Below, piece after piece: positions 10,234 through 21,441 of a stretch of 64,000 bases of DNA; positions within the stretch are counted from its first letter, which is position 1, and each line of letters opens with the position of its first letter. Source of the stretch: a bacterium (GTDB lineage: Bacteria; Patescibacteriota; Saccharimonadia; Saccharimonadales; UBA4665). A model generated the notes under the pieces. That model was not told where the DNA came from, ran no database searches, and saw only the letters and a program-made list of their open reading frames with translations. The translations under genes were made by a program, and so were the position numbers. The stretch is taken from assembly GCA_021800155.1 (NCBI GenBank), contig JAJYZG010000001.1, positions 9,583 to 73,582 on the forward strand. The letters are read 5' to 3'.

Positions 10234-10428
10234 TAAGCTTAGGTGTTATCTGATAAAATGCTTGCAAACAACAAAGGTTAAGTTAAAGTAAGCTTTTTAG
10301 ACGAAAATTTCGACTCGAGCTCGAAACTAGGATAAGGCCAATTAGCAGAAGGTCAAGTAAATAGTGGTTATCGCAGCGGAAGATTGAATATTAAGCTAAA
10401 GTAAGCCAAGGAGAACAAGTTAAATCTA

Positions 10429-10836
10429 ATGCCAACAATGAACCAATTGGTCCGCAAGCCGCGAACTAGAAGCGAGCATAAGAGTAAATCGCCCGCTATG
10501 CAACGCGTAGTTAATAATCTTAAGACGACGAACTATGAAAAGCACGCGCCATTCAAAAGAGGTGTCTGCGTTAAAGTCACAACAAAGACACCAAAAAAAC
10601 CTAATTCGGCCTTACGAAAAGTTGCCAGAGTACGTTTGACCAATGGTTATGAGGTATGGGCATATATTGGTGGCGAAGGCCATAATTTACAAGAGCATGC
10701 TGTGGTGCTTGTTCGCGGCGGACGAGTCAAGGATTTACCAGGAGTCCGATATCATATTGTTCGCGGGTCACTGGACCTGCAGGGCGTGAATAATCGTAAA
10801 CAAGGTCGTTCAAAATACGGAGCAAAGAAGGCTTAA
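10429..10836 (+). CDS. rpsL: 30S ribosomal protein S12
   Basis: [10 protein letters not shown]...[16 protein letters not shown] signature, with a GGAG RBS upstream. Confidence 0.96.
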   Translation: MPTMNQLVRKPRTRSEHKSKSPAMQRVVNNLKTTNYEKHAPFKRGVCVKVTTKTPKKPNSALRKVARVRLTNGYEVWAYIGGEGHNLQEHAVVLVRGGRVKDLPGVRYHIVRGSLDLQGVNNRKQGRSKYGAKKA

Positions 10837-10841
10837 GCATT

Positions 10842-11318
10842 ATGCCAAGAAAGAAGACGAAAACACTAACTCGAGACATACAGCCGGACCGTTTGTATAA
10901 CAGTGTAGAAGTCCAGCGCCTAATCAATCGGGTAATGCTGAACGGTAAAAAACAGCTAGCTGAGCGCCTGGTATATACCGGTATGCAAACAGCTGCCGAA
11001 AAGCTAAAGATAGATAATCCCATCGAAGTTTTTGAACAGGCTTATCGAAACATTCAGCCACATCTAGAAACCCGATCTAGGAGAGTGGGTGGAGCTAATT
11101 TTCAGATTCCGTTTGAAGTTAAGGGTCAGCGTCAAACACATTTAACAATTATGTGGCTAGTGCAGGCAGCGCGAGCCCGCAAAGGTATGAGCATGGCAAA
11201 CCGTTTAGCGGCTGAGCTGCAGGATGCCTATTCGGGTCAAGGAGCAGCAGTTAAAAAGCGTGAGGACACTCACAGAATGGCAGAAGCAAATCGGGCTTTT
11301 GCGCATTTTGCACGCTAA
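10842..11318 (+). CDS. rpsG: 30S ribosomal protein S7
   Basis: str-operon position and S7 blocks (LETRSRRVGGANFQIP, HRMAEANRAFAHF). Confidence 0.95.
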   Translation: MPRKKTKTLTRDIQPDRLYNSVEVQRLINRVMLNGKKQLAERLVYTGMQTAAEKLKIDNPIEVFEQAYRNIQPHLETRSRRVGGANFQIPFEVKGQRQTHLTIMWLVQAARARKGMSMANRLAAELQDAYSGQGAAVKKREDTHRMAEANRAFAHFAR

Positions 11319-11338
11319 TTTAAAGGATTAATTGATTT

Positions 11339-13423
11339 ATGGCAGCTAAAATATACCCGATTGAAAAATTGCGAAATATCGGTATTATTGCGCACATTGA
11401 CGCCGGCAAAACAACCACTACCGAAGGTATTCTTTACCGTACTGGTTTGAAACACAAAATCGGCGAAGTACATGAAGGCGATACTACAACGGATTGGATG
11501 GAGCAGGAGCGGGAGCGGGGTATTACTATAGTTTCAGCGGCAGTGACATGTTACTGGAAAGATCACCAGATCAACATCATCGATACACCTGGACACATAG
11601 ATTTTACGGTCGAAGTCGAACGATCACTGAGAGTATTGGACGGTGCAGTTGTCGTATTCGACGGCAAAATGGGCGTCGAAAGTCAAAGTGAAACAGTATG
11701 GCGTCAGGCAGATAAATATAATGTTCCACGGATCTGCTTTATAAATAAAATTAATCAAACCGGCGGAGATTTTTACAAGTCGCTCGAGTCAATCCATAAT
11801 CGCTTAAACAGACTTGCGTTCCCGATTCACTTACCTATCGGATTCGAACAGTCGATTAATGGCGTAGTAGATTTGATTAGCATGCAAAGCTATAGCTACA
11901 AGGACTATGCCGATCATGAACTTAGTGTCGGCGAAATACCAGACAATATGCTTGACGATGCAAAGCGGTACCGTTCGCTACTAATTGAAAATGCGGTTGC
12001 CGAGGACGAAGCAATGCTGGAAAAGTACCTGGAGACCGGAGAGGATGGCTTAAGCGAGGACGAAATCCGTCAAGCCGTCAGAGCAGCAACATTATCCGGG
12101 AAGTTTTTTCCTGTTACTGGCGGCGACGGACGCGGCGTCATAGTAGAGAAAGTACTGGATTTAATAACTGAGCTTTTGCCGAGCCCGGTAGAGCGTGGTT
12201 CTACTTGGGGTAAACACCCTAAAACGGGGGATGAAATCGAGCGTAAACCAAGTATATCGGAACCATTTTCAGCTTTGGCATTCAAGATTGCGACGGACCC
12301 GTTTGTCGGAAAGTTGGCATATTTTAGAGTTTATTCAGGTAAAGTTATCGCTGGGTCGTATATTTTAAACAGTTCGACCAATCAAAAAGAACGGGTTGGA
12401 CGCATTGTTCGCATGCAGGCTGACAAGCGCGAGGATGTCAGTGAGGTTAAAGCCGGAGACATTGCGGCAATTGTCGGACTTAAGGGCACCACTACAGGCC
12501 ATACATTATGCGATCCAAATAGTCCAATACTACTGGAAAGCATAACCTTTCCTGATCCTCCGGTATCCATTGCGATTGAACCGAAAACCAAGGCCGATCA
12601 GGAAAAAATGGGTCAAGCATTACAACGTTTAGCGGAAGAAGACCCGACTTTTCGTATCCGGGTAGATGATGAGACCGGCCAAACGATTATTTCTGGAATG
12701 GGAGAGTTGCACCTAGAGATAATTGTTGATCGAATGCGCCGCGAGTTTAATGTCGAGGCAAGTGTCGGACAGCCTCAAGTAGCCTATCGCGAAACAATTC
12801 GCAAGTTCGGCGTTGAGGCTCAAGGAAAATACATCCGTCAATCCGGCGGCCGTGGACAGTATGGCGATGTTTGGTTAAGGTTATCTACAAAGGAAACCGG
12901 TACTGGGTTCGAGTTTATTAACTCAATTAAAGGTGGCGTAGTACCGAGTGAATACGTTCCTGCTGTCAAAAAAGGCATCGAAGAAGCAATGAACAACGGA
13001 GTGATAGCCGGTTACCCCGTAGTCGACATTAAGGTAGAACTTTACGATGGCAGCTACCATGAGGTCGACTCATCCGAGATGGCCTTTTCGATAGCTGGGT
13101 CAATGGCATTTCAGGATGCGTTTAAAAAGGCCGGTCCAGTGCTACTTGAACCGATCATGAAACTAGTGGTTGTTTGTCCCGAAGAATTCATGGGCGATGT
13201 CATTGGTGATCTTAATTCAAAGCGCGGACGCATCGAGGGGATGAACGATCTAGCTGGAGCCACAAAAGAAATTACAGCCTTTGTTCCTCTGGCAGAGTTG
13301 TTTGGCTATACGACTAATCTACGATCAATGACTCAAGGACGCGCCAGTTCTACGATGGAACTTGATCACTACCAAGACGTTCCACCTAACATTACGGAGA
13401 CGCTCATTAACCGTAAGGGTTAA
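11339..13423 (+). CDS. fusA: Elongation factor G
   Basis: [13 protein letters not shown]1 motif, DTPGH, 694 aa, str-operon position. Confidence 0.96.
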   Translation: MAAKIYPIEKLRNIGIIAHIDAGKTTTTEGILYRTGLKHKIGEVHEGDTTTDWMEQERERGITIVSAAVTCYWKDHQINIIDTPGHIDFTVEVERSLRVLDGAVVVFDGKMGVESQSETVWRQADKYNVPRICFINKINQTGGDFYKSLESIHNRLNRLAFPIHLPIGFEQSINGVVDLISMQSYSYKDYADHELSVGEIPDNMLDDAKRYRSLLIENAVAEDEAMLEKYLETGEDGLSEDEIRQAVRAATLSGKFFPVTGGDGRGVIVEKVLDLITELLPSPVERGSTWGKHPKTGDEIERKPSISEPFSALAFKIATDPFVGKLAYFRVYSGKVIAGSYILNSSTNQKERVGRIVRMQADKREDVSEVKAGDIAAIVGLKGTTTGHTLCDPNSPILLESITFPDPPVSIAIEPKTKADQEKMGQALQRLAEEDPTFRIRVDDETGQTIISGMGELHLEIIVDRMRREFNVEASVGQPQVAYRETIRKFGVEAQGKYIRQSGGRGQYGDVWLRLSTKETGTGFEFINSIKGGVVPSEYVPAVKKGIEEAMNNGVIAGYPVVDIKVELYDGSYHEVDSSEMAFSIAGSMAFQDAFKKAGPVLLEPIMKLVVVCPEEFMGDVIGDLNSKRGRIEGMNDLAGATKEITAFVPLAELFGYTTNLRSMTQGRASSTMELDHYQDVPPNITETLINRKG

Positions 13424-14160
13424 GATTTAAGCACGCCAAAGTCTATCTCACCGTACACTGGGTCATATGGTTCACAGGGTACATAGATAGATTCCAATAG
13501 AGCAACGTCAGCTAAAATATCGCGCGCGCGCGCAACGCCATATTGCTCAGTCATATTTACAATGTATCGATTTATATTGTTACTGCCAACATTCATAAAT
13601 CCTAAGTCGAATCCTTTAAACTGAACTTCCGCTACCGCATTGTAAATATTAAGGGTCATATGACCAATTAGATCAATCTTAGAGTCGCATTTTATGCCAT
13701 AGCGCTCTGTACGTAGTTTTCGAATAACACGCGGTGTTTTAGAAATTTCCAGATGCGGTTCGGTTAACACTACACCGCCAAACGGCTGTTCGCGCAAGTC
13801 GTCAATGACTACTGGTACACCGGGCATTATGTCGTCTAGCTTGTCTTCATATACCCTCATATATCCGCTTAAATTAAGGCTCGATCTTCCAAGGTAACGC
13901 AAGTAGGCGCTTGCAACATCACGCGAACTATAGCCTTCCATGCCATGGTTAGCAAATATAGACGCAACACGAAGAGAATACTCTAAGTTTGGAGTAAGTG
14001 CCTTAATCATTAGAGCATTAGTAGCCGCCGACCGCCACGAACTTGAAGATTCTAAATAACGTGAGTAGCGTCCAAGTTTAACCGTGCGCTCGTACACACT
14101 GGTCAATAGATTAAATTCTTCCTGTTTGCGCTTCGCTCGAAAATCTTTGTTACGTCCCAT
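13420..14160 (-). CDS. Hypothetical protein, 246 aa, antisense orphan between fusA and tuf
   Basis: Long clean ORF with no TM segments and no motif I recognise. AGGTGA abuts the ATG at unusually short spacing. Its stop codon overlaps the fusA stop. Confidence 0.6.
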   Translation of the reverse strand: MGRNKDFRAKRKQEEFNLLTSVYERTVKLGRYSRYLESSSSWRSAATNALMIKALTPNLEYSLRVASIFANHGMEGYSSRDVASAYLRYLGRSSLNLSGYMRVYEDKLDDIMPGVPVVIDDLREQPFGGVVLTEPHLEISKTPRVIRKLRTERYGIKCDSKIDLIGHMTLNIYNAVAEVQFKGFDLGFMNVGSNNINRYIVNMTEQYGVARARDILADVALLESIYVPCEPYDPVYGEIDFGVLKS

Positions 14161-14202
14161 ATCACCTAAGTCTTAATTAAAGAAACATTATACGCCTTTA
14201 CG

Positions 14203-14475
14203 TCAAATAACCTCATACCAAAAGTCCATAGACCTTGCACTAGACAGACTGCTATAGGCGTGTGAGAATGCAAACTCGTTGTTGTAATCAATAGCGGAGA
14301 CGGCATATCTCCTGATTTCGCCTATGAACTTAATGACATAATCTAGCTTAACCAGGTCTCCCGGATAGAGGGGATAGTAATTACCGCGCTTGACTTTAGT
14401 AATCCTAGAGTTGCATTGATGCTCATGCAGCCGGCCACTAGCCGCACTCACGCTTAGCCTGCAGGGTTTAGGCAA
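14203..14475 (-). CDS. Hypothetical small protein, 90 aa (uncertain; TTG start)
   Basis: ORF upstream of, and co-oriented with, the 246-aa orphan. It has a TTG start codon, a weak RBS and no recognisable motif. Confidence 0.3.
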   Translation of the reverse strand: MPKPCRLSVSAASGRLHEHQCNSRITKVKRGNYYPLYPGDLVKLDYVIKFIGEIRRYAVSAIDYNNEFAFSHAYSSLSSARSMDFWYEVI

Positions 14476-14684
14476 TCTTTCTTAAACATTAAGGTCATAA
14501 ATGATTCGGCCAATGGTCGAAAGACTTGGATATTTTATGCTATCTTGCTCACTCACTCATGTACTGTAAACAGGACTCCATAACTTTATTTAGCAGTCCG
14601 TCCAATATGTATCTATACTTGTGCATCTACAGAGTGCCACACATACTACGTTTAGCCTCACCTTGCGTTGGACAAGAGTAACTC

Positions 14685-14713
14685 TTTACAAAGGCAAGTG
14701 ATTTATCTATACT
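14685..14713 (+). promoter_or_regulatory. Candidate promoter of tuf-rpsJ (TTTACA-17-TATACT)
   Basis: -35 at 14685..14690, a 17-nt spacer and -10 at 14708..14713, about 100 nt upstream of the tuf ATG, which has an AAGGAG RBS. Confidence 0.5.
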
Positions 14714-14811
14714 ATGCCCTGTTAAAAAGCGTGGGTCTTTGACGGCTATAACGCTAAAAATATCTATAACCAGCCGAAGTTTCTATACGGCATTAAGGAG
14801 CGACTACAGAA

Positions 14812-15993
14812 ATGGCAACATTTGACCGAAGCAAGCCCCATGTGAACGTTGGTACTATGGGTCATGTCGACCATGGTAAAACCACCCTCACGGCTGCCAT
14901 TACGGCAGTACTTGCAAAACGATTACCAAGCGACGTGAATAAACCTGTACCTTACGATCAAATTGACAAGGCACCAGAAGAGCGGGCTCGCGGTATAACC
15001 ATTGCTACTAGCCACCAAGAATACGAAAGTGAAAAAAGACACTACGCACATGTCGATATGCCGGGTCACGCCGATTACGTCAAAAATATGATTACCGGCG
15101 CCGCTCAGATTGACGGGGCTATATTAGTTGTGAGCGCCGCAGATGGACCAATGCCTCAAACGCGTGAACACGTACTACTCGCACGTCAGGTCGGTGTACC
15201 AAGTATTCTTGTATTTATGAACAAGATGGATTTGGCTGACCAAGAACTAGTCGATTTAGTGGAAGAAGAGATACGTGATCTACTGGCAAAGTATGACTTT
15301 GATCGAGACTGTCCAATAATCCGCGGTTCGGCCACCAAGGCGCTTGACGGTGATAAAGAAAGCGAAGAAGCCATAATGGATCTGGTACATGCTATGGATG
15401 AGTACATACCGGAGCCCGTGCGCGACTTGGACAAACCGTTTCTAATGCCGATTGAGGATGTGTTTTCAATTAAAGGCCGGGGAACCGTTGCTACCGGGCG
15501 GATTGAAACTGGCGTCATAAAGATGAACGATGAAGTTGAAATTGTTGGTATAAGACCGACTACCAAAACAGTAGTGACTGGTATTGAAGCGTTTAAAAAA
15601 CAATTGGACGAAGGACGTGCCGGTGACAATGCAGGTTTGCTGCTACGCGGTATTGAACGCGACGACATTGAAAGAGGTCAAGTGCTGGCCAAGCCGGGCA
15701 GTATCACTCCACACACTGAATTTGAGAGTGAAGTTTACATCCTTACTAAGGAAGAAGGCGGCAGACATACACCTTTCTTCAAGGGATATAAACCTCAGTT
15801 TTACTTTAGAACAACCGACGTAACTGGAGAAGTTGAATTGCCTGCCGATAAGGAAATGGTAATGCCGGGCGACACAGTCACTTTTGGCGTTAAACTACTC
15901 GCACCCATCGCTATGGATCAAGGATTGCGTTTTGCTATCCGAGAGGGCGGACGAACAGTAGGCGCTGGTGTAGTGACAAAAATTGTCAAGTAA
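14812..15993 (+). CDS. tuf: Elongation factor Tu
   Basis: [25 protein letters not shown]; 393 aa. Confidence 0.98.
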   Translation: MATFDRSKPHVNVGTMGHVDHGKTTLTAAITAVLAKRLPSDVNKPVPYDQIDKAPEERARGITIATSHQEYESEKRHYAHVDMPGHADYVKNMITGAAQIDGAILVVSAADGPMPQTREHVLLARQVGVPSILVFMNKMDLADQELVDLVEEEIRDLLAKYDFDRDCPIIRGSATKALDGDKESEEAIMDLVHAMDEYIPEPVRDLDKPFLMPIEDVFSIKGRGTVATGRIETGVIKMNDEVEIVGIRPTTKTVVTGIEAFKKQLDEGRAGDNAGLLLRGIERDDIERGQVLAKPGSITPHTEFESEVYILTKEEGGRHTPFFKGYKPQFYFRTTDVTGEVELPADKEMVMPGDTVTFGVKLLAPIAMDQGLRFAIREGGRTVGAGVVTKIVK

Positions 15994-16005
15994 AGTGTAG
16001 CCTTA

Positions 16006-16332
16006 ATGACTGAAGCAAAGACCGAGACAAAACAGCGGATAAGAATAAGGCTAAAGGCTTATGATCACAAAGTCATCGACCAAGCAGCTAAGCAAATAGT
16101 AGATACCGCACTCAGAACAGGCGCCAATTTAGCAGGACCGATACCGCTTCCGACGCGGCAGTCAACTTTTACGGTCATTAAAAGTCCAAATGTGTTTAAA
16201 AAAAGTCGCGAGCAATTCGAAATGCGTGTACACAAGCGCTTAATTGATGTATTTGAACCAACGCCTAAAACTATTGATAGTTTGATGAATTTGTCGTTAC
16301 CGGCCGGTTGTGATGTAGAGATTAAGATGTAG
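16006..16332 (+). CDS. rpsJ: 30S ribosomal protein S10
   Basis: [15 protein letters not shown] signature, directly downstream of tuf. Confidence 0.95.
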   Translation: MTEAKTETKQRIRIRLKAYDHKVIDQAAKQIVDTALRTGANLAGPIPLPTRQSTFTVIKSPNVFKKSREQFEMRVHKRLIDVFEPTPKTIDSLMNLSLPAGCDVEIKM

Positions 16333-16464
16333 TCTTAAATTGCCTGCTTAAAAATACTTCAATGCATCTAGAGTTACAAATAATTGCAAACCAAAGTGAA
16401 TATACGTGCATCAATACAAAAACACAAAAGGTATACAAAATAGCTATGTAATTTTATCAACGCA

Positions 16465-16493
16465 TTGACAGCTATAAGTTAAATTGCTAATCT
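16465..16493 (+). promoter_or_regulatory. Candidate promoter of rplC and the downstream r-protein operon (TTGACA-17-TAATCT with TGn extension)
   Basis: TTGACA at 16465..16470, a 17-nt spacer ending in TGc, and TAATCT at 16488..16493. Confidence 0.55.
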
Positions 16494-16517
16494 ATTACGG
16501 TATCTTTAAGCCAAATA

Positions 16518-16570
16518 GTTGGCGCTTAAGGCGAGGTATTAGAGGTAGCTAAACAGTATAATGCGCCAAC
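16518..16570 (+). promoter_or_regulatory. Leader hairpin in the rplC 5' UTR (8-bp perfect stem GTTGGCGC/GCGCCAAC)
   Basis: Inverted repeat at 16518..16525 and 16563..16570, lying between the candidate promoter and the rplC ATG, which lacks a good SD. Confidence 0.4.
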
Positions 16571-16616
16571 GTTATAATAATCACCCTTAATATACAGGGC
16601 ATCAAGCTGGAATCAA

Positions 16617-17222
16617 ATGAAAGCATTACTTACACATAAGGTCGGCATGACTTCAATAATTACGGAAGATGGATACGTTACGCCGATTACTGTACTGTCA
16701 GCTCGCGATAATATCGTGATTGGTAAGCGAACCTTAGAAAAAGATGGCTATAGTGCCGTTATTGTCGGGACAGACAGGGATGCTAAGATTTCTAAGTCTC
16801 GACAGGGTATACTCAAGCAATCACAGGCCAAGTCAAAGTTAATTCGTGAGTTTAGGCTGGATGACGACACAGCTAATATCGGCGACCATCTTGGTGTCGA
16901 TATTTTTAATATTGGTGACAAAGTAAGCGTTAGCGCAATAAGTAAAGGCAAGGGTTGGGCGGGTACCATCAAGCGCCACGGTTTTCATCGTGGTCGTAAA
17001 ACACACGGCGGAAGAAGCTATCGCCGGGTAGGGTCAATCGGATCAATGTACCCACAACATATTTTAAAAGGTAAAAAAATGGCCGGACGATACGGTGCAA
17101 CGAAAGTCTCGACTAAAGGTCTAAAGATTGCCTATGTTGACGCGAATAATGCTGTCATCGGTGTCGCTGGGGCTGTACCGGGTCCGAATAAAGGACTAGT
17201 AGTCATAAAGGGACAAAAATAA
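16617..17222 (+). CDS. rplC: 50S ribosomal protein L3
   Basis: KVGMTSI..., GKGWAGTIKRHGF..GG L3 blocks. Confidence 0.95.
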   Translation: MKALLTHKVGMTSIITEDGYVTPITVLSARDNIVIGKRTLEKDGYSAVIVGTDRDAKISKSRQGILKQSQAKSKLIREFRLDDDTANIGDHLGVDIFNIGDKVSVSAISKGKGWAGTIKRHGFHRGRKTHGGRSYRRVGSIGSMYPQHILKGKKMAGRYGATKVSTKGLKIAYVDANNAVIGVAGAVPGPNKGLVVIKGQK

Positions 17223-17875
17223 TGCCTACCGCAACGTATATGAAAAACGGCTCAAAATCCAGTACGCCAGTCAAATTGGATTCCGATATATTCGGCGTAC
17301 ATGAAGTCAATCATCGTTTACTGCAGCAGTCCTATGATTCTTACTTAGCTAATGGCCGGAGTCGGCTAGCGCGAACTAAAACGCGGGGATTGGTTCGCGG
17401 TGGAGGTCGTAAGCCATGGCAACAAAAAGGTTCTGGCCGTGCCAGAGTCGGGTCACGACGCACGCCATTGTGGCGCGGCGGCGGTATAATATTTGGTCCC
17501 ACAGGCAACGAGAACTATGCCAAAAGATTAAGTACTAATGCAAAACGAAAGGCAATTGTCCAAGCATTATCTTCTCACAATCTTAGTGGATCATTGCGAG
17601 TTATTGAATCAATTGGACTCAAGTCCACGAAAACAGCAGAATTGACTAAACTCCTTAAAAAAATGGATGTTAAAGGCTATACTCTGATTGCAACCGACAA
17701 TCTAGACACAAACCTAAAGTTGGCGAGCCGTAATTTAGACAGTGTTAAAACTATCGAAGTCAAATACATTAATATTGCTCGTTTGCTTGATGCTGACACG
17801 GTCATCCTGACAAAACCGGCACTTACTCTACTCAGCGCTTGGCTTAAACCATCTGTCAAGAAAGACCAGGAGTAG
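17222..17875 (+). CDS. rplD: 50S ribosomal protein L4
   Basis: GGGRKPWQQKGSGRAR signature; operon order. Confidence 0.95.
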   Translation: MPTATYMKNGSKSSTPVKLDSDIFGVHEVNHRLLQQSYDSYLANGRSRLARTKTRGLVRGGGRKPWQQKGSGRARVGSRRTPLWRGGGIIFGPTGNENYAKRLSTNAKRKAIVQALSSHNLSGSLRVIESIGLKSTKTAELTKLLKKMDVKGYTLIATDNLDTNLKLASRNLDSVKTIEVKYINIARLLDADTVILTKPALTLLSAWLKPSVKKDQE

Positions 17876-17878
17876 CTC

Positions 17879-18313
17879 GTGAGTAAACCAACGCTTTTGA
17901 TACCTAGATTAAGTGAAAAAAGCTATGCCCTAAGCGATAGCCGAGTATACGTAATTGATGTTAATCGCTCAGATAATAAACATCAAATTAGACAGGCAAT
18001 AGAAAGCCGGTTTAAGGTAAAAGTCAATAAGGTTAATCTAGTTAATTTATCAGGTAAGCCGAAGCGGACAATTTCGAAGGGTGGTCGACGAGTATCGAGC
18101 GGCAAAGACAATAATATTAAAAAAGCCTATGTCACGTTAGCTGAGGGCTACTCATTGCCATTTTTTAATGCCATCGCGGAAGAGGAAAAGCAAGCCGAAA
18201 AAACTCAAGCCAAGTTCGCAAAACAGCAAGCTAAAGCAGCGGACAAAGAGGATAAGCCTAAAAAACGCTCGATTCGCACTAGAATAGCCAGTAAGTCGGA
18301 GCTAAAGGACTAA
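17879..18313 (+). CDS. rplW: 50S ribosomal protein L23 with a Lys-rich C-terminal extension
   Basis: GTG start and an L23 core (RLSEKSY..., KVNKVNLVN). A ~45-aa tail follows (EEEKQAEKTQAKFAKQQAKAADKEDKPKK...). Confidence 0.9.
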   Translation: MSKPTLLIPRLSEKSYALSDSRVYVIDVNRSDNKHQIRQAIESRFKVKVNKVNLVNLSGKPKRTISKGGRRVSSGKDNNIKKAYVTLAEGYSLPFFNAIAEEEKQAEKTQAKFAKQQAKAADKEDKPKKRSIRTRIASKSELKD

Positions 18314-18315
18314 AT

Positions 18316-19152
18316 ATGGCTATTAAACAGTATAAACCGACAACGAGCTCACGGCGTGGAATGACGAGTCAGGATAATGACAAGCTTGCGAAAACCAGGC
18401 CAGTTCGCTCATTGACTAAAAGCCTAAAACAAAGTCGTGGAAGGAATAATTCCGGCCGAATCACGACTCGTCACAAAGGTGGCGGCAGCCGACGACAATA
18501 CCGACAACTCAGTGTGTCACTACCGGATGGTTTTAAGGGCAAAGTTATACAAATAGAGTACGATCCTAATCGGAGCGCCAGAATAGCTAGAGTAAAGTCT
18601 GAGGTTGGAACCTATCACTACATTATTGCCGCTAACAAGATGCAAACAGGTCAAATCATACATGCCGGGAATGAGTCACCTGTCGACAGCGGTAACCGTA
18701 TGGCGCTAAGTAAAATACCGCTGGGAAGTCTTATCCATGCTATTGAACTGGTTCCCGGACGGGGAGCACAGCTGGTTAGAAGTGCAGGTACTGATGCTCA
18801 ATTAGTCGCCCGGGATGAAAAAAACGCACAGGTTAGATTGCCTAGTGGTGAAGTGCGGTTCATCAGTGTCGAGTGCTGCGCTACTATTGGCTCAATCGGT
18901 AACGAGCAACACCAGAACGTTTTGATCGGAAAAGCCGGACGCAACAGACACAAAGGTATACGTCCGTCGGTTCGCGGAGTAGTCATGAATGCTGTAGACC
19001 ACCCGCATGGCGGAGGTGACGGCGGTCGTCACCGCATGGCTAAAGCACCGCGTACCCCTTGGGGGCAAAAAACTCTGGGACTAAAAACAAGGCACAATAA
19101 GTCGACTAATAAATATATAGTGCACAGCCGTCACGTTGGCAAGAGGAGATAA
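18316..19152 (+). CDS. rplB: 50S ribosomal protein L2
   Basis: GGGSRRQYR and [12 protein letters not shown] signatures. Confidence 0.97.
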   Translation: MAIKQYKPTTSSRRGMTSQDNDKLAKTRPVRSLTKSLKQSRGRNNSGRITTRHKGGGSRRQYRQLSVSLPDGFKGKVIQIEYDPNRSARIARVKSEVGTYHYIIAANKMQTGQIIHAGNESPVDSGNRMALSKIPLGSLIHAIELVPGRGAQLVRSAGTDAQLVARDEKNAQVRLPSGEVRFISVECCATIGSIGNEQHQNVLIGKAGRNRHKGIRPSVRGVVMNAVDHPHGGGDGGRHRMAKAPRTPWGQKTLGLKTRHNKSTNKYIVHSRHVGKRR

Positions 19153-19157
19153 AGAAT

Positions 19158-19442
19158 ATGAGTCGTTCACTTAAAAAGGGTCCATTTATTGACTATAAAT
19201 TGAGCAAGAAGATTGCTCAACTGGGCTCTGAGGATCGTACTATCGTCAGAACTTGGGCCCGTGCCTCAACCATCGCGCCGGAATTTGTTGGTCGTACGAT
19301 TGCTGTACATAATGGTCGTGTGCATGTTCCGGTTTTCATTACAGAAAACATGGTCGGTCACAAGTTAGGAGAATTTGCGCCAACCCGCAAGTTTCGCAGT
19401 CACGGCGGTAAATTAGCAAAAGCCGCAAGAGAGGAGAAATAA
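19158..19442 (+). CDS. rpsS: 30S ribosomal protein S19
   Basis: SRSLKKGPF...[25 protein letters not shown]. Confidence 0.97.
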   Translation: MSRSLKKGPFIDYKLSKKIAQLGSEDRTIVRTWARASTIAPEFVGRTIAVHNGRVHVPVFITENMVGHKLGEFAPTRKFRSHGGKLAKAAREEK

Positions 19443-19445
19443 TAC

Positions 19446-19868
19446 ATGCCCGCTCAAGCCAGAATAAAGGGTATTAAGCAAAGCCCGCGTAAAGTTGCGG
19501 TAGTAGCGGCGCTTGTACGTGGACGTCGGGTTGACGATGCTATTACGATACTCGAACATACGCCTCGACGCAGTGCGTTGGCAGTCAGAAAAGCAATCGA
19601 GAGTGCGCGAGCAAACGCCGATTATAACCATGGATACAAGCCGGCTAGCTTGCGCATTGTCGAAATTAGCGTAACACCCGGCCCGAGACTAAAAAGAATA
19701 CGCCCTGCCTGGCGCGGCACTGCCAATCCCTACCAAAAAAAGACTTCACATCTTTTGGTTATAGTAGATGGCGAAAAACGACAGTCAAAAAGTAGCACTA
19801 AGCCAGAAAATGATAAGGTCAAAAAATCTGCACACAAGATAGCTCGCACTAAGAAGAAGGAAAGTTAA
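19446..19868 (+). CDS. rplV: 50S ribosomal protein L22 with a basic C-terminal tail
   Basis: SPRKVAVVAALVRG, an L22 core, and a ~30-aa Lys-rich tail. Confidence 0.93.
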   Translation: MPAQARIKGIKQSPRKVAVVAALVRGRRVDDAITILEHTPRRSALAVRKAIESARANADYNHGYKPASLRIVEISVTPGPRLKRIRPAWRGTANPYQKKTSHLLVIVDGEKRQSKSSTKPENDKVKKSAHKIARTKKKES

Positions 19869-19869
19869 T

Positions 19870-20499
19870 ATGGGACAGAAGGTCAATCCTATCAGCATGC
19901 GCCTCCAGGTTAATAAAAACTGGTCAAGCCGATGGTTTGTTGCAAAAAGGAATTACTCAAAATTTCTTGAAGACGATCTAAAAGTAAGACAGCTGATTCA
20001 GCAAAAGTTAGGCTCTCGAGCTGCGATTAACCGAATTGAAATCGCTAGAACACCTAACCTGGTCACGGTTACGATTCATACCGCGAAGGCTGGTGTTGTA
20101 ATTGGTCGAGGTGGTACAGGAGTTCAAGAATTGAAAGACGAAGTAGAAAAAATCTATTCAACTTCAGTCAGGCTTAATATCGAGGAAGTAAAAAAACCGG
20201 AACTCCATGCAAAGCTAGTAGCGGAGAATATTGCACATCAACTTGAACGTCGCATGAGCTTCAGACGAGCAATTAAAAGCGCAAGTGCTGCTACCATACG
20301 AGCTGGAGCTAAAGGAGTCAGGATTGAGGTTAGCGGGCGCTTAAACGGTGCCGAGATGAGTCGCCGCGAAAAAGATAGTTTAGGCTCTGTGCCACTACAT
20401 ACATTAAGGGCCGACATTGACTATGCCTATGTGCCTGCTCATACCAACGCCGGAATCATTGGCGTGAAAGTGTGGATATTTAAAGGCGAGGTAATCTAA
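19870..20499 (+). CDS. rpsC: 30S ribosomal protein S3
   Basis: MGQKVNP..., a KH domain and [10 protein letters not shown]. Confidence 0.96.
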   Translation: MGQKVNPISMRLQVNKNWSSRWFVAKRNYSKFLEDDLKVRQLIQQKLGSRAAINRIEIARTPNLVTVTIHTAKAGVVIGRGGTGVQELKDEVEKIYSTSVRLNIEEVKKPELHAKLVAENIAHQLERRMSFRRAIKSASAATIRAGAKGVRIEVSGRLNGAEMSRREKDSLGSVPLHTLRADIDYAYVPAHTNAGIIGVKVWIFKGEVI

Positions 20500-20501
20500 A
20501 A

Positions 20502-20915
20502 ATGTTAATTCCCGCGAGAACCAAATACCGGAAAGTTAGAAAAGGACGCAACGCAGGAGTTGCAACTTCAGGCAATACTATTGCTTACGGCGATTTCGCC
20601 CTTCAAGCTCAAGGAAATGAACGATTGTCGTCACGGCAGATAGAATCCGCGAGACAGGCGATGACCCGTTACATTAAGCGCGGCGGGAAAATATGGATTA
20701 GGGTTTTCCCGCATATACCGGTCACACGTAAGCCGCAAGACGTCAAAATGGGTAGCGGCAAAGGTAATCCGGAATTTTTTGTAGCTAAGGTGAAACCAGG
20801 AACTATTTTGTTTGAAATGCAGGGAGTGGATGAAACAACAGCGCGTGAAGCAATGCGTCTAGCAGCAAATAAATTGCCGATTAAGACCAGGTTTCTTGTT
20901 CGAGAGGAGTTTTAA
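20502..20915 (+). CDS. rplP: 50S ribosomal protein L16
   Basis: [11 protein letters not shown]..., RMGSGKG-like ([10 protein letters not shown]). Confidence 0.96.
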   Translation: MLIPARTKYRKVRKGRNAGVATSGNTIAYGDFALQAQGNERLSSRQIESARQAMTRYIKRGGKIWIRVFPHIPVTRKPQDVKMGSGKGNPEFFVAKVKPGTILFEMQGVDETTAREAMRLAANKLPIKTRFLVREEF

Positions 20916-20917
20916 TT

Positions 20918-21118
20918 ATGAAAATTACTGATATTAGAAAGCTTTCGACAGACGAGTTAGCCAAGCAGAGCAGTGTGTTGCGCGATGAGATTGTCGAACT
21001 GAAGCGACAAAAAGCCCTTGGAGAATCTGCTAATGTTAGATTGGTTCGACACAAGCGCAAAGATTTGGCCCGAATGCTAACTGTTTTAAGTGAGCAACTG
21101 GCTAAGGAGAAAATATAA
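20918..21118 (+). CDS. rpmC: 50S ribosomal protein L29
   Basis: 66 aa, L29-like helix pair (LRDEIVELKRQ), operon order. Confidence 0.9.
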   Translation: MKITDIRKLSTDELAKQSSVLRDEIVELKRQKALGESANVRLVRHKRKDLARMLTVLSEQLAKEKI

Positions 21119-21441
21119 TGCCTAAAACAATTATCGGTACGGTTAGTTCGACCTCGCGAAACAAGACAATTACAGTCAAGGTTGTCAGCCGCAGGACTCA
21201 CCCGCTTTACCAAAAACAATACTTAAGCACTAAGAAGTTTACGGCTCATGACGAAAAAAACGAGGCTGAAGTCGGTGACCGCGTGGCAATTATTGAAACT
21301 AGACCATTGAGTGCGTCAAAACATTTTCGCCTTGATCGAATTATTGAGCGAACTGCACTAGAAGCCGCTGCTCTCGCAGTCACACAAGTCGAAGAACCTG
21401 TCCGGACGGCGAAGCCTAACGCCAATAAGGCTAAGTTATGA
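21118..21441 (+). CDS. rpsQ: 30S ribosomal protein S17
   Basis: GTVSS...KTITVKV....HPLYQK...K..AHDE; operon order. Confidence 0.93.
   Translation: MPKTIIGTVSSTSRNKTITVKVVSRRTHPLYQKQYLSTKKFTAHDEKNEAEVGDRVAIIETRPLSASKHFRLDRIIERTALEAAALAVTQVEEPVRTAKPNANKAKL

Noticed and set aside
13900-13960. 2H-phosphoesterase-like HxT motifs (PHLEIS, GHMTLN) or a PD-(D/E)xK motif in the 246-aa orphan.
   Set aside because: The two H-x-T/E-x motifs are only about 30 residues apart, not the about 80 expected, and one lacks Thr/Ser. The nuclease-like D...ExxxK spacing does not fit the consensus. This is too weak to call.
15186-15668. 160-aa ORF antisense to tuf. There are similar long antisense ORFs in rpoB (3279..3485, 3603..3800, 4833..5135), rpoC (6531..6737, 7272..7580, 8379..8702), fusA, secY (25574..25957), rpoA (29421..29903), rplK (46486..46926), rplA (46949..47302, 47537..47875), rplJ/rplL (55430..56008), dnaX and dnaB.
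   Set aside because: All lie fully inside strongly conserved genes on the other strand. They have Ser/Arg/Leu-rich low-complexity translations typical of antisense frames, no RBS and no recognisable motif.
16333-16464. Small ORF (ATG about 16362, about 29 codons) in the rpsJ-rplC spacer.
   Set aside because: It has no RBS, an AT-rich low-complexity translation, and lies upstream of the candidate promoter.
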